Positions 39,171-48,022 of a DNA stretch of 48,022 nt are shown one piece after another. The translations under genes were made by a program, and so were the position numbers. The DNA is taken from positions 1 to 48,022 of the forward strand of contig SXTL01000024.1 of assembly GCA_005790965.1 (NCBI GenBank), given 5' to 3'. Under the pieces are notes generated by a model. It searched no databases. It was not told the DNA's origin and saw only the letters and a program-made list of their open reading frames with translations. Source of the DNA: Burkholderiales bacterium. GTDB taxonomy: Bacteria > Pseudomonadota > Gammaproteobacteria > Burkholderiales > Thiobacillaceae. Each line of letters opens with the position of its first letter. Position 1 is the stretch's first letter.

Positions 39171-40058
39171 TTAATAAGCCCTCGTGACAATGAAGTGCGC
39201 AATCTCGACAAGTCTCCGGGCGTTATCGCCGAAGCAGGCCACCGCTGTGCAGGCCTCTTCTACTAGCGAGTGAGCGTAGGCGCGCGCCTTGGCCGCCGGC
39301 ATCAGGGTGAGGTAGGTGGCTTTGCCGTGGGCGGCATCTTTGCCGGCTGTCTTGCCCAGAGTCGCGGTATCCGCCTCGGCGTCAAGGCAGTCGTCCATCA
39401 CCTGGAAGGCGAGGCCGATACAATGAGAATAACGCTCCAAGGCAGTCCGCTGCGCCGCTGTAAGAGGTTTCCCGCACAGGCCGCCGAGCAGCGTGGCGGC
39501 GCGGATCAAGGCGCCGGTCTTGTGAATGTGCATGAACTCCAGCTCGGCGAGATCAAGCTGTTTGCCCGTGCTGGACAGATCAACCGCCTGACCGCCGGCC
39601 ATGCCGCGTGAGCCGCTCGCATGGGCCAAAAGATGCAGCATTTCGACCTGGGTGGTGGCCTCTGTGTGCAGCCCCTTGCGGGCAAGTTGCTCGAAGGCCA
39701 GCGCTTGCAAGGCATCGCCAACCAAGAGCGCAGTAGCCTCGTCGTAAGCAACATGACAGGTTGGCTTGCCGCGCCGCAGGTCGTCATCATCCATACAGGG
39801 TAGATCGTCGTGGGTGAGCGAATAGACATGGATCAGTTCAACCGCACAGGCGGCCACCTCGGCGCGGACCAAGTCGCCGGCCACGGCCTCGGCGGCCGCA
39901 AAGACGAGTAGCGGGCGCACGCGCTTGCCACCGCCCAGGCAGACATAGCGCATGGCCTCGTGCAGGCGATCGGGCGCAACATGGCTGGGAATAGCGTGTT
40001 CAAGGACGGTTTCCATGCGCGCCTGCAAGGCCCGCGACCACGCGGCAAAATCAGGCAT
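39171..40058 (-). CDS. ispA: Farnesyl diphosphate synthase IspA
   Basis: First DDxxD in LTHDDLPCMDDDDLRRGKPTCH and second in FQVMDDCLD. Start at ATG 40058 (MPDFAAW), overlapping the xseB stop by 8 nt. Confidence 0.94.
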   Translation of the reverse strand: MPDFAAWSRALQARMETVLEHAIPSHVAPDRLHEAMRYVCLGGGKRVRPLLVFAAAEAVAGDLVRAEVAACAVELIHVYSLTHDDLPCMDDDDLRRGKPTCHVAYDEATALLVGDALQALAFEQLARKGLHTEATTQVEMLHLLAHASGSRGMAGGQAVDLSSTGKQLDLAELEFMHIHKTGALIRAATLLGGLCGKPLTAAQRTALERYSHCIGLAFQVMDDCLDAEADTATLGKTAGKDAAHGKATYLTLMPAAKARAYAHSLVEEACTAVACFGDNARRLVEIAHFIVTRAY

Positions 40059-40296
40059 CACCGGCCGCATCCAAGAGCAGTGGTTTAAGGCCGTCGTTTT
40101 CCAACATGGCGAGTTGTTGCTCGGCCTGAGACAGGAATTGCTGACAGAAGCGGGACAGTTCCACACCGCGTTTGTAGGCGGTCAGCGAGGCCTCCAGAGC
40201 GAGATCGCCCGCTTCCAGGGTGGCAACCAGAGACTCCAGCTCGGCGAGGGCCGTCTCGAAATCTTTGGGTGCGGTGGTTTTAGTGGTTTTGCTCAT
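40051..40296 (-). CDS. xseB: Exodeoxyribonuclease VII small subunit
   Basis: 81 aa, FETALAELESLVATLEAGDLALEASLTAYKRGVEL. Conserved xseB-ispA-dxs order. The longer ORF to 41016 is an antisense read-through artefact. Confidence 0.92.
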   Translation of the reverse strand: MSKTTKTTAPKDFETALAELESLVATLEAGDLALEASLTAYKRGVELSRFCQQFLSQAEQQLAMLENDGLKPLLLDAAGDA

Positions 40297-40428
40297 AATC
40301 AGCAGGGTGCGTGTATGCCGCTGATGATAGCCGATAAAGTCAATTTCGAGGACTTGTGCGCGGTTGCCCGGGAGGTTGGCCAAGGGGATAATCCGCCCAA
40401 TTGCAGCGTTTTCCATGTGTTTCACTTC

Positions 40429-41535
40429 ATGTCCGAACTGATACGAGCCTCCACGCTGGGCCAAGTGGGCCAAGCCCTGCCAGTGGAGAGCTACTTTGAG
40501 CCCCAGATTTATGCCCTCGAGATGGAACGCCTGTTCCGTTCCGGGCCAGGCTATGTTGGTCATGAGCACATGGTTCCGGAGCTCGGGCGCTACCAAGTCC
40601 TTGACTGGTATGCCGGGGGCGGCAAGATGCTGGTGCGAAACCCCAGCGGGGTGGAACTGCTTTCCAATGTTTGCCGGCATCGTCAGGCCTTGATGTTGAA
40701 GGGGCGCGGCACGGCGCAGAACATCGTGTGCCCCTTCCATCGCTGGACCTACGACCTTGCCGGGCAATTGATGGGAGCCCCGCAGTTTCCAAGCAATCCC
40801 TGCCTGCATCTGGGCAAAAAGCCCTTGCAAAACTGGCATGGCTTGCTTTTCGAAGGCCCCCGCGACCTCAAGGCCGACCTGGCCGGGATGCGGGCTGCGA
40901 CAGATCTCGATTTCAGCGGGTTCGTTTATGACAAGACGACCGTGACCGAATACGCCTTCAACTGGAAGACCTTTATTGAGGTTTATCTGGAGGATTACCA
41001 TGTCGTCCCTTATCACCCCGGCCTAGGCCAGTTTGTCGATTGCGACCAGTTGCAGTGGGAATACGGGCCTAACTGGTCGGTGCAGACGGTCGGCGTGTAT
41101 GACCATCTAAAGCGCGCCGGCTCGCCCGTCTACGACGCTTGGCGCAGTCAGGTTCTGCGCTACAACGAGGGCCGCGAGCCAAAACAGGGCGCGATTTGGC
41201 TGACGATCTATCCCAACATCATGGTCGAGTGGTATCCGCATACCTTGGTGGTCTCGCACATCGTGCCGACCGGTGCGGAGTCCTGCCTCAATGTGGTCGA
41301 GTTTTATTATCCGGAAGACATCGCCCTGTTCGAACGCGATTTCGTCGCGGCCGAGCAGGCAGCCTATCGCGAGACGGCGGTGGAGGATGACGACATCTGT
41401 TATGGCATGCACCACGGTCGCCGCGCCCTGTATCGTCAGGGCCATAATGAGATAGGCCCCTATCAATCGCCCACCGAAGATGGCATGGTGCACTTCCATG
41501 AGTGGTATCGCCGCGCCCTCTCCTCGCCGCTTTGA
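40429..41535 (+). CDS. Rieske [2Fe-2S] non-haem iron oxygenase, alpha-subunit-like (ring-hydroxylating oxygenase family)
   Basis: Rieske motif CRHRQALMLKGRGTAQNIVCPFHRW and mononuclear iron motif EVYLEDYHVVPYHP. Start at ATG 40429 (MSELIRAS) is tentative. Confidence 0.85.
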   Translation: MSELIRASTLGQVGQALPVESYFEPQIYALEMERLFRSGPGYVGHEHMVPELGRYQVLDWYAGGGKMLVRNPSGVELLSNVCRHRQALMLKGRGTAQNIVCPFHRWTYDLAGQLMGAPQFPSNPCLHLGKKPLQNWHGLLFEGPRDLKADLAGMRAATDLDFSGFVYDKTTVTEYAFNWKTFIEVYLEDYHVVPYHPGLGQFVDCDQLQWEYGPNWSVQTVGVYDHLKRAGSPVYDAWRSQVLRYNEGREPKQGAIWLTIYPNIMVEWYPHTLVVSHIVPTGAESCLNVVEFYYPEDIALFERDFVAAEQAAYRETAVEDDDICYGMHHGRRALYRQGHNEIGPYQSPTEDGMVHFHEWYRRALSSPL

Positions 41536-41998
41536 CGGGATTATCCCAGCGCCCTTCGGGGCCCTAGGGATGCGCATGAGCGGCCAGCGCCTGGCCGAGA
41601 TCGTCTTTCTGCCTTCAGGCCACCGTCAGGTTCCAGACTCCCTCCGACCGGTAGCCCGAGCCCTGGAGGCCTATTTTGATGATCCGGCACGCCCGTTTGA
41701 TGTGCCCATTACCTTGGTCGGCACCCCTTTCAGGCAACGGGTCTGGGCCGCGTTGAAGCGCATTCCGGTTGGCCAAACCACGACCTACGGCCACCTGGCG
41801 CGGCAGCTTGGTAGCGGTGCCCGGGCCGTGGGGCAAGCCCTGGGCGACAACCCCATTCCCCTCATCATCCCCTGCCACCGGGTGCTCGCAGCCAGCGGGC
41901 TGGGTGGTTTCATGCATACTCAAGAGGCTCTGCAAGAGCCCTTTCCCCTCACCGTAAAACGCTGGTTGCTGACGCATGAAGGCTATTGTTCTTCCTGA
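41498..41998 (+). CDS. ogt: Methylated-DNA--protein-cysteine methyltransferase (Ogt/Ada-C type)
   Basis: Active site IPCHRV, TTYGHLA and GDNPIPLIIP. The start is uncertain: ATG 41498 or 41480, both overlapping the upstream Rieske gene. Confidence 0.88.
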   Translation: MSGIAAPSPRRFDGIIPAPFGALGMRMSGQRLAEIVFLPSGHRQVPDSLRPVARALEAYFDDPARPFDVPITLVGTPFRQRVWAALKRIPVGQTTTYGHLARQLGSGARAVGQALGDNPIPLIIPCHRVLAASGLGGFMHTQEALQEPFPLTVKRWLLTHEGYCSS

Positions 41999-42875
41999 AC
42001 TTGACGCCTTTTGCGACGCCCTCTGGCTGGAGGACGGCCTGGCACCGACCAGTCTGGAAAGTTATCGCCGTGATCTAACCCAATTCGCGGTGTGGGGCAA
42101 AAGGCGCGGTGAGGATTTGCTGACGACCGATGCCGTCAGCATTCAAGCCTTTTTGGCCGAGCGCACGCTGCAACAAGGCATCGCCGCGCGGAGCCTGGCC
42201 CGGCAGCTTACGGCCCTGCGCCGTTATTACCGCTGGCTGTTGCGCCAAGGCCTGCGCAGCGATGACCCGACCCTCAACATCGAAGCCCCGCGTTTGCCTC
42301 GTCCCTTGCCGAAAAATCTCAGCGAGGCCGAGGTTGAGGCCCTGCTCGCCGCGCCGCAGATCGCGACCGCACAAGGGCTGCGTGACCGTGCCATGCTCGA
42401 ATTGCTTTACGCCAGCGGCTTGCGCGTCAGCGAGCTGGTCGGCCTGCCGTTTTCCGCCGTGCAGATGCAGATGGGCGTGGTGCGCGTTATGGGCAAAGGG
42501 CGCAAGGAAAGGCTCGTGCCCACCGGCGAGATCGCCCTGGACTGGCTGACCCGCTATCTGCGCGAGGCCCGCAATGACCTGCTCAACGGACGGATCAGCG
42601 ATGCCCTGTTCGTTACGGCCCGTGCTGGCGCCATGACACGCCAAGCCTTTTGGTACCTCATTAAACGCCATGCCGTACGCGCCGGAATTCGCACGGCGCT
42701 ATCGCCGCACACCCTGCGTCACGCCTTTGCCACTCACCTGCTCAACCACGGCGCTGACCTGCGCGTTGTGCAAATGCTGCTCGGTCACGCCGATATCTCC
42801 ACGACTCAGATCTACACCCATGTCGCGCGTGAGCGGCTGAAGCAGTTGCATGCCCAGCACCATCCGCGGGGGTGA
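41976..42875 (+). CDS. xerD: Site-specific tyrosine recombinase XerD
   Basis: 299 aa with N-terminal SAM-like DALWLEDGLAPTSLESYRRDL, catalytic HTLRHAFATHLLNHGADLRVVQMLLGHADISTTQIYTHV, and RKERLVP. Confidence 0.94.
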   Translation: MKAIVLPELDAFCDALWLEDGLAPTSLESYRRDLTQFAVWGKRRGEDLLTTDAVSIQAFLAERTLQQGIAARSLARQLTALRRYYRWLLRQGLRSDDPTLNIEAPRLPRPLPKNLSEAEVEALLAAPQIATAQGLRDRAMLELLYASGLRVSELVGLPFSAVQMQMGVVRVMGKGRKERLVPTGEIALDWLTRYLREARNDLLNGRISDALFVTARAGAMTRQAFWYLIKRHAVRAGIRTALSPHTLRHAFATHLLNHGADLRVVQMLLGHADISTTQIYTHVARERLKQLHAQHHPRG

Positions 42876-42887
42876 AGCGATGCGGTT

Positions 42888-43637
42888 TTAGGCTATTCCC
42901 GACAGGGCCTTGAACCACAGGGCCACGCCGCTGCCGAGCAAGATCAAGCTGATCAGGCGCAGCATCTGGGCTTGCGTTAAGCGGGTGTGGACATGACTGC
43001 CAACCCACAAGGCGCCAAGCGTGATGGGCACCGCGGCCAGATAGGCGGACAGCAACTCCCGATGCAGGAGGAGACCGCTCACTGCGAAGGTGGTGATTCG
43101 CGCCAGGCCTTCAATAAAAAACAGGCCGGAAAAGGTGGCGCGCAACACGCCTTTGTCGAACAAGCGGTGCGAGAGGTAAATCACATACGGCGGTCCGCCG
43201 GTGCCGAACAGGGCCCCGATGGCACCGCCCGTGAGCCCGGCCGGCCAGGCCCAGCGCGGGCTGACGGGTTGGGGATGGTCGGTGTCGAGCAGCAGATTGC
43301 GCAGGGCGTACAGGATGACGAAGGCGCCCAGGCCGATCAGCATCGGCCCGGCCGGCAGCGATACCAGTAGATACGCGCCGAGGGCAACGCCCAGTAAGCC
43401 GGCGGGTAGCAGGCGACGGATCTCGGGCCAGGCGACTTTGTCGAAATGCAAGCCGCCCAAAATCAGCGAGGCGGTGAAGTCGGTGAGCAGAATGAGCGGT
43501 ACGACAAAGGTCAACGGCAGGTTGAGCGCCAGCATCGGTACGGCGATGAGGCCGGAGCCAAAGCCGGTAATGCCGCGGATGAAATAGGCCGCAAGCAGAA
43601 TGGGCACGGCCCAAGTGAGGCTAGTGAGTTCAGGCAC
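42888..43637 (-). CDS. TauE/SafE family sulfite/anion exporter-like permease
   Basis: 249 aa with ~7-8 TM helices. ITGFGSGLI and GGPPY-type motifs are typical of the TSUP/TauE family. Confidence 0.85.
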   Translation of the reverse strand: MPELTSLTWAVPILLAAYFIRGITGFGSGLIAVPMLALNLPLTFVVPLILLTDFTASLILGGLHFDKVAWPEIRRLLPAGLLGVALGAYLLVSLPAGPMLIGLGAFVILYALRNLLLDTDHPQPVSPRWAWPAGLTGGAIGALFGTGGPPYVIYLSHRLFDKGVLRATFSGLFFIEGLARITTFAVSGLLLHRELLSAYLAAVPITLGALWVGSHVHTRLTQAQMLRLISLILLGSGVALWFKALSGIA

Positions 43638-43671
43638 GGGGCGGAAGTTTCGCGGCGGGGGTGTGCACCAC

Positions 43672-45024
43672 TTAGCGCAGTCCGGGCATCTTGCCGGCCA
43701 TACCGCGCATCATCTTGGCCATGCCGCCCCCTTTGCCCATCGATTTCATCATCTTCTGCATTTGTTCGAACTGGCTGAGTAGACGATTAACATCTTGCAC
43801 CTGTAGCCCGGCACCGGCGGCAATACGGCGTTTGCGGCTGGCCTTGAGGAGTTCGGGTTTGCGCCGTTCCAGCGGGGTCATGGAATTGATGATGCCCTCA
43901 ATGCGGCGCATTTGTTGTTCGCCTTGCGCCAATTCACTGGCGCCGATTTTTTGAGTCCCCGGCAACTTGTCAACCAGACTGCCCAAGCCGCCGAGTTTTT
44001 TCATCTGCTGCATTTGTTCCTTGAAGTCTTCGAGGTCGAAGCCTTTGCCGGATTTGAGCTTTTCGACGGTCCGCCGCGCGGCGGCTTCGTCAACGCCTTT
44101 TTGGGCCTCTTCGATTAGCGATAGCACATCGCCCATGCCGAGGATGCGGCTGGCCATGCGCTCGGGATGGAAGACTTCGATGCCGGTAAGCTTTTCGCCG
44201 ACGCCAACGAGTTTGATCGGCTTGCCGGTGATGTGGCGTACCGACAGCGCGGCGCCGCCGCGCGCGTCACCGTCGAGCTTGGTGAGAATGACCCCGGTCA
44301 GCGGCAAGGCTTCGTTAAACGCCTTGGCGGTGTTGACGGCGTCCTGACCTTGCATGGCATCGACGACGAACAGGGTTTCGACGGGCTTGACGGCAGCGTG
44401 GAGGGCCTGGATCTCGGCCATCATCTCGGCATCGATGGCGAGGCGGCCAGCGGTGTCGACGATCAGGACATCAAAGAAATGCTTCTTGGCGTAATCGAGC
44501 GCCGCTAGGGCGATGGCGACGGGTTGTTGGCCAACCTCGGAGGGGAAGAACTCGGCCTCAGCCTGACCGGCAACGGTTTTTAACTGCTCGATGGCGGCCG
44601 GGCGATAGACATCGGCCGAGACTACGAGGATCTTTTTCCGGCCCATGTCGCGAATGACGCGCACCAGTTTGCCGGTGGTGGTGGTCTTGCCTGCCCCTTG
44701 CAGGCCGGCCATCAGGAAGACGGCAGGCGGCTGGCTGGCGAAGGACAAGGGCGCAGCAGCCCCGCCCATCAACGCGGTGAGTTCTTTGTGAACCACGCCG
44801 ACTAAGGCTTGGCCGGGAGTCAGGCTGCCGATAACCTCTTGGCCCAAGGCCTTGGTTTTGACCTGGTCAATGAAGGTGCGCACCACCGGCAAGGCTACAT
44901 CGGCTTCCAACAGGGCGACGCGCACTTCACGCAGGGCGTCCTGGATGTTGGCTTCGGTGAGGCGGCCCTGACCGCGCAGGGTTTTGACGACGGAGCCTAA
45001 GCGTTGAGTGAGGTTGTCGAACAT
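43672..45024 (-). CDS. ffh: Signal recognition particle protein Ffh
   Basis: 450 aa with an N domain, G domain (GLQGAGKTTTTGKL, DTAGRL, TKLDGDARGGAALS) and a Met-rich M domain. Confidence 0.98.
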   Translation of the reverse strand: MFDNLTQRLGSVVKTLRGQGRLTEANIQDALREVRVALLEADVALPVVRTFIDQVKTKALGQEVIGSLTPGQALVGVVHKELTALMGGAAAPLSFASQPPAVFLMAGLQGAGKTTTTGKLVRVIRDMGRKKILVVSADVYRPAAIEQLKTVAGQAEAEFFPSEVGQQPVAIALAALDYAKKHFFDVLIVDTAGRLAIDAEMMAEIQALHAAVKPVETLFVVDAMQGQDAVNTAKAFNEALPLTGVILTKLDGDARGGAALSVRHITGKPIKLVGVGEKLTGIEVFHPERMASRILGMGDVLSLIEEAQKGVDEAAARRTVEKLKSGKGFDLEDFKEQMQQMKKLGGLGSLVDKLPGTQKIGASELAQGEQQMRRIEGIINSMTPLERRKPELLKASRKRRIAAGAGLQVQDVNRLLSQFEQMQKMMKSMGKGGGMAKMMRGMAGKMPGLR

Positions 45025-45087
45025 GGGTTTTGGGGCAAATTAGGCTAAACTGGCGACCGCTAGTCTAACAAATCGAGAACCGCCCGG

Positions 45088-45891
45088 ATGCCTGATCTTT
45101 TGCCTTTTGTGATTTGCGCGGCTGCCTATGCGGCGCAGGCCGTTATTTTTTGGCCTGGTCGAAGCACTTCGCAACGGCCGGGTTATTGGCGGCTTGTGCC
45201 TCTGGTTCCGTTCATGTTGCATATGGCCTTGCTGCTCGGCGCATTTTTGGGTGGCGACGGGGTCAGTTTGGGCTTTGCCACCATGTTATCGGCGATTGCC
45301 GCGCTTTCGGTGCTGGTCTATGGGGTCGCTTCCTGGCGGTATAGCCTAGGCGGGATGCAGGGTGTAGTGCTGGCCATTGCGGCTGTAGCCGTGCTGCTCC
45401 AGGGTCTGATGGGCGGTGGCCAGCTGATCCCGCAAAGTGGAAATCCGGCCTTCCGCGCGCATTTGCTGATGTCGATTACGGCTTACAGCCTGTTCCTGAT
45501 TGCGGCCCTGCACGCGGTGTTTTTGGCAGTGGCCGAACGGGCGTTGCAGCGACCTTCGGCAAAAACGGCCCCGGTTGGAATGTTGCCGTTGCTGACCATT
45601 GAGGCCCTGTTGTTCCGCCTGCTGGAGGTTGGTTTCACGGTGCTGACCTTGACCTTGCTGACCGGCATCGTATTTTCCAAGCAGACTTTTGGTGAGCATT
45701 TGCCCTTCACGCACATGACGGTGTTCGGCATTGCCTCCTGGCTCATCTTCGCGGCACTGCTGTTGGGCCGGCACCGTTACGGCTGGCGTGGCAAGCGGGC
45801 CATTTATGGCACGCTGACAGGTTTTGCCATGCTTTTTCTGTCCTACATGGGCGCCCAATTTGTCCTTGAGATTGTGTTGGGACGCGTCTGA
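45088..45891 (+). CDS. ypjD: CcsA-like cytochrome c assembly family inner-membrane protein (YpjD)
   Basis: 267 aa with 8 TM helices. It is divergent from ffh and followed by a CNNM gene, the same arrangement as E. coli ffh/ypjD/yfjD. Confidence 0.85.
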   Translation: MPDLLPFVICAAAYAAQAVIFWPGRSTSQRPGYWRLVPLVPFMLHMALLLGAFLGGDGVSLGFATMLSAIAALSVLVYGVASWRYSLGGMQGVVLAIAAVAVLLQGLMGGGQLIPQSGNPAFRAHLLMSITAYSLFLIAALHAVFLAVAERALQRPSAKTAPVGMLPLLTIEALLFRLLEVGFTVLTLTLLTGIVFSKQTFGEHLPFTHMTVFGIASWLIFAALLLGRHRYGWRGKRAIYGTLTGFAMLFLSYMGAQFVLEIVLGRV

Positions 45892-45909
45892 CGCTACCCA
45901 TCTTGAACT

Positions 45910-47178
45910 GTGGACGACATACCGCTTAATGCGCTCCTTCTGGCTCTAGCCATATTGTTGTTGTTGTCGGCCTTTTTCTCGGGCGCCGAGACCAGCATGA
46001 TGGCGGTTAACCGCTACCGTTTGCGTCATCAGGCCAAGAGTGGCCAGCGTGGGGCGCGTTTGACGGAGGCCCTATTAGCGCGCACCGATCAGCTCCTGGC
46101 CGTCATTCTGCTCGGCAATAACCTGCTCAATGCGGCGGCGGCTTCGCTGGTGACCCTCATCACCCTGCGGCTCCTGGGAGAGAGCGAGTTTGCCCTGACC
46201 ATAGCGACCCTTGGGGTCACCTTTCTGATCCTGGTTTTTTCGGAAGTGACGCCCAAGGTGTTGGCAGCGGCGCATGCCGACCGCGTCGCGCCCTGGGTCA
46301 GTTTTCCGTTGACCGTGCTGACCCGTGTGCTGAGCCCGGTGGTTTGGTTTATCAACCTGTTCGTCCGCGGTTTGATTTCCCTCCTGCGGATTCGTTTGCC
46401 GGATGCGGGTTCGGTCAATCGTATGGGGGTTGAGGAGCTGCGAACCCTGCTGGCAGAGTCGGGGCTGTTTTTGCGGCCCACCCATCGCAACATCCTGCTC
46501 AATTTGTTCGAACTGGAAAAAATCAGCGTCGATGATGTCATGCATCCGCGCAATCAGATTGAGGCCATCGACATCGAACGGGAGGACGAAGAGATTGTGC
46601 ATCAACTGGAGACCAGCCACCATGCTTGGCTGGTGGTCTATGCCGGCGATCTGAACGAGGTGCGTGGCGTCCTATCGGTGCGTCGGGCGCTGGCGCGGTT
46701 GCGCGACGAACCATTTGATCGTGCTGAGTTTACGGCTAGTTTGCGGGAGCCGTATTTCATCCCCGCAGGAACGCCGCTGCTGTCGCAACTGGCCCAGTTT
46801 CAGCACAATCGCCATCGCATCGGGCTGGTGGTGGACGAGTATGGGGAACTGGAAGGTCTGCTGACTATGGCCGATATCCTGATGGAGATCGTGGGCGAGT
46901 TTGATTTGGGCCATCCTCTGGAGAACCCGGAATGGGTGGCACAAGCGGACGGCAGCTATCTCGTTGAAGGGGGCGCCAGCCTGCGCGATCTGAATCGCAA
47001 ACTGGGCCTGGAACTGCCAACCGAGGGCTCCCGGACCTTGAACGGGCTCATCCTGGAGTATTTGGAGGCCATGCCGGAGCCTGATGTCACTTTACTCGTC
47101 GCGGGCTATCCGATTGAGTTGTTGCAAGTTCAGGATCGCATGGTCAAGACGGCCCGAATTTACCCGCGCCCGGATTGA
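45910..47178 (+). CDS. corB: CNNM/CorB-type membrane protein (DUF21 TM domain, CBS pair and CorC_HlyC domain)
   Basis: 422 aa with SAFFSGAETSMMAVNRYRL and EVTPK, a CBS pair and a C-terminal transporter-associated domain. GTG start. Confidence 0.88.
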   Translation: MDDIPLNALLLALAILLLLSAFFSGAETSMMAVNRYRLRHQAKSGQRGARLTEALLARTDQLLAVILLGNNLLNAAAASLVTLITLRLLGESEFALTIATLGVTFLILVFSEVTPKVLAAAHADRVAPWVSFPLTVLTRVLSPVVWFINLFVRGLISLLRIRLPDAGSVNRMGVEELRTLLAESGLFLRPTHRNILLNLFELEKISVDDVMHPRNQIEAIDIEREDEEIVHQLETSHHAWLVVYAGDLNEVRGVLSVRRALARLRDEPFDRAEFTASLREPYFIPAGTPLLSQLAQFQHNRHRIGLVVDEYGELEGLLTMADILMEIVGEFDLGHPLENPEWVAQADGSYLVEGGASLRDLNRKLGLELPTEGSRTLNGLILEYLEAMPEPDVTLLVAGYPIELLQVQDRMVKTARIYPRPD

Positions 47179-47184
47179 CGGGAT

Positions 47185-48022
47185 ATGGAACCTACGGCGA
47201 TGGCAGGCTGGGATGCGGTTGCGGAGCGCCGTAGCCGTCAACCGTCTGGAAATGCGGATGGGGGCGGCGGTGAGGAGGCCCTCGTCATTCGTACCCTTGA
47301 GGCCCTGTTGACCACAGCCTTGGCCGAGGAGGCCTCCGATATTCATATCGAACCGGGTGAGGTTGAGGCGCGGGTCCGCTATCGCCTCGATGGCATTCTG
47401 CATGAGACGCAGCGCCTGAGCCTGGATTTGCATCTGCGTGTGGTCTCGCGCCTGAAGATCCTCGCGCGCTTGGATATTGCCGAAAAGCGGGTGCCGCAGG
47501 ACGGCCATTTCAAACATGGCGGGGCTGGTGGGCAGCATGTGGATCTGCGCCTGTCCACGCTGCCGACCCTGCACGGCGAGAAGGTGGTCTTGCGCATCCT
47601 TGACTCAGCCGCCGCCTTGCGCCGCGATCTGGAAGATCTGGGTTACGAACCGGGCCAGATGACGGCGTTAATGGAGGCCATCGAACGGCCCTACGGCATG
47701 ATCCTGGTGACTGGTCCGACGGGGAGCGGCAAGACGCTGTCTTTGTATGCCTGTCTGCGGCGCTTGAATAGGCAGGGGGCCAATATTTGCACCGTAGAGG
47801 ATCCCGTCGAGATTCATTTGGAGGGGGTCAATCAGGTCAATGTCCATGAACGGGCGGGGCTGGATTTTGCCACGGCCCTGCGTGCCTTTCTGCGTCAGGA
47901 TCCGGACATCATGATGGTCGGTGAGGTGCGCGATGCCGAGACCGCCGATATTGCGGTTAAGGCGGCGCAGACCGGCCATCTGGTGCTCTCGACTCTGCAT
48001 ACCAATGATGCCCCGGCTACCC
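47185..48022 (+). CDS. GspE/PilB-family secretion or type IV pilus ATPase, 5' partial (runs off the window), with a very short N-terminus
   Basis: Manual translation from ATG 47185: MEPTAMAGWDAV...ASDIHIEPGE..RVRYRLDGILHE, LARLDIAEKRVPQDGHF, Walker A GPTGSGKT, Asp box VEDPVE, Walker B MMVGEVRD and LSTLHTNDA. Confidence 0.88.
   Translation, partial: MEPTAMAGWDAVAERRSRQPSGNADGGGGEEALVIRTLEALLTTALAEEASDIHIEPGEVEARVRYRLDGILHETQRLSLDLHLRVVSRLKILARLDIAEKRVPQDGHFKHGGAGGQHVDLRLSTLPTLHGEKVVLRILDSAAALRRDLEDLGYEPGQMTALMEAIERPYGMILVTGPTGSGKTLSLYACLRRLNRQGANICTVEDPVEIHLEGVNQVNVHERAGLDFATALRAFLRQDPDIMMVGEVRDAETADIAVKAAQTGHLVLSTLHTNDAPAT

Noticed and set aside
40297-41016. Upstream 240-codon extension of the xseB ORF (the 321-aa ORF 40051..41016)
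   Set aside because: Only the last 81 codons match XseB. The remainder is antisense to the Rieske oxygenase gene, which carries bona fide Rieske and iron-binding motifs.
41976-42875. Tyrosine recombinase as a possible marker of an integrated mobile element
   Set aside because: The sequence is canonical XerD (both the N-terminal SAM-like domain and the C-terminal catalytic motifs). It is flanked by housekeeping genes, with no att-like repeats, tRNA or cargo genes nearby.
1-48022. By-eye search for CRISPR arrays, tRNA/rRNA/tmRNA genes, IS elements, prophage or defence-island content and low-GC islands
   Set aside because: None was found. Every gap over 60 nt is explained as a promoter or terminator region, the largest non-coding stretch is ~230 nt (upstream of rplM), and all sizeable ORFs except four have clear housekeeping identities.

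Overview
This is a 48-kb stretch of a high-GC (roughly 60%) proteobacterial chromosome. The gene order looks betaproteobacterial, but no species can be assigned from the sequence alone. The window is almost entirely densely packed core housekeeping genes, many translationally coupled by 1-, 4- or 8-nt overlaps. On the minus strand at the left is the macromolecular-synthesis operon rpsU-yqeY-dnaG-rpoD. It is followed by tsaD, plsY/folB, lepA-lepB-rnc-era-recO-pdxJ and a Kef-type CPA2 antiporter. Next comes kdsD-kdsC-lptC-lptA-lptB-rpoN-hpf-ptsN-hprK-rapZ, which runs on without a gap into a NusG_II (DUF1312) gene, a Gx-transporter gene, ubiX and coq7. After that are OsmC and DUF218 genes, rplM-rpsI, argC, erpA, yacG, rpiA, ilvA and a minus-strand operon GATase-glk-mobB-moeA-moaD-moaE. 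The right part holds a periplasmic-type ATP-dependent DNA ligase, xseB-ispA-dxs-folE2, a Rieske oxygenase-ogt-xerD chain, a TauE/SafE permease, ffh, ypjD, a CNNM/CorB-type protein and the 5' part of a GspE/PilB-family ATPase. I found no rRNA, tRNA, CRISPR array, transposase, phage gene or recognisable defence gene, and intergenic space is minimal (the largest gap is about 230 nt). I do not see a convincing novel multi-gene system here. The observations worth a second look are local anomalies. (1) An in-frame TAG replaces a conserved Lys codon near the end of rpsI. (2) The rpoD frame ends just before sigma region 2, and the first ~125 nt of the window are not rpoD. (3) A Lig E-type DNA ligase carries a twin-arginine-like signal peptide. 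(4) Some operon couplings are unusual: rapZ to DUF1312 to Gx transporter to ubiX, and glk embedded in a Moco operon. (5) Two family-less proteins are coupled to plsY and to rpiA. All start coordinates are chosen by eye from homology to known N-termini and from RBS and overlap patterns.
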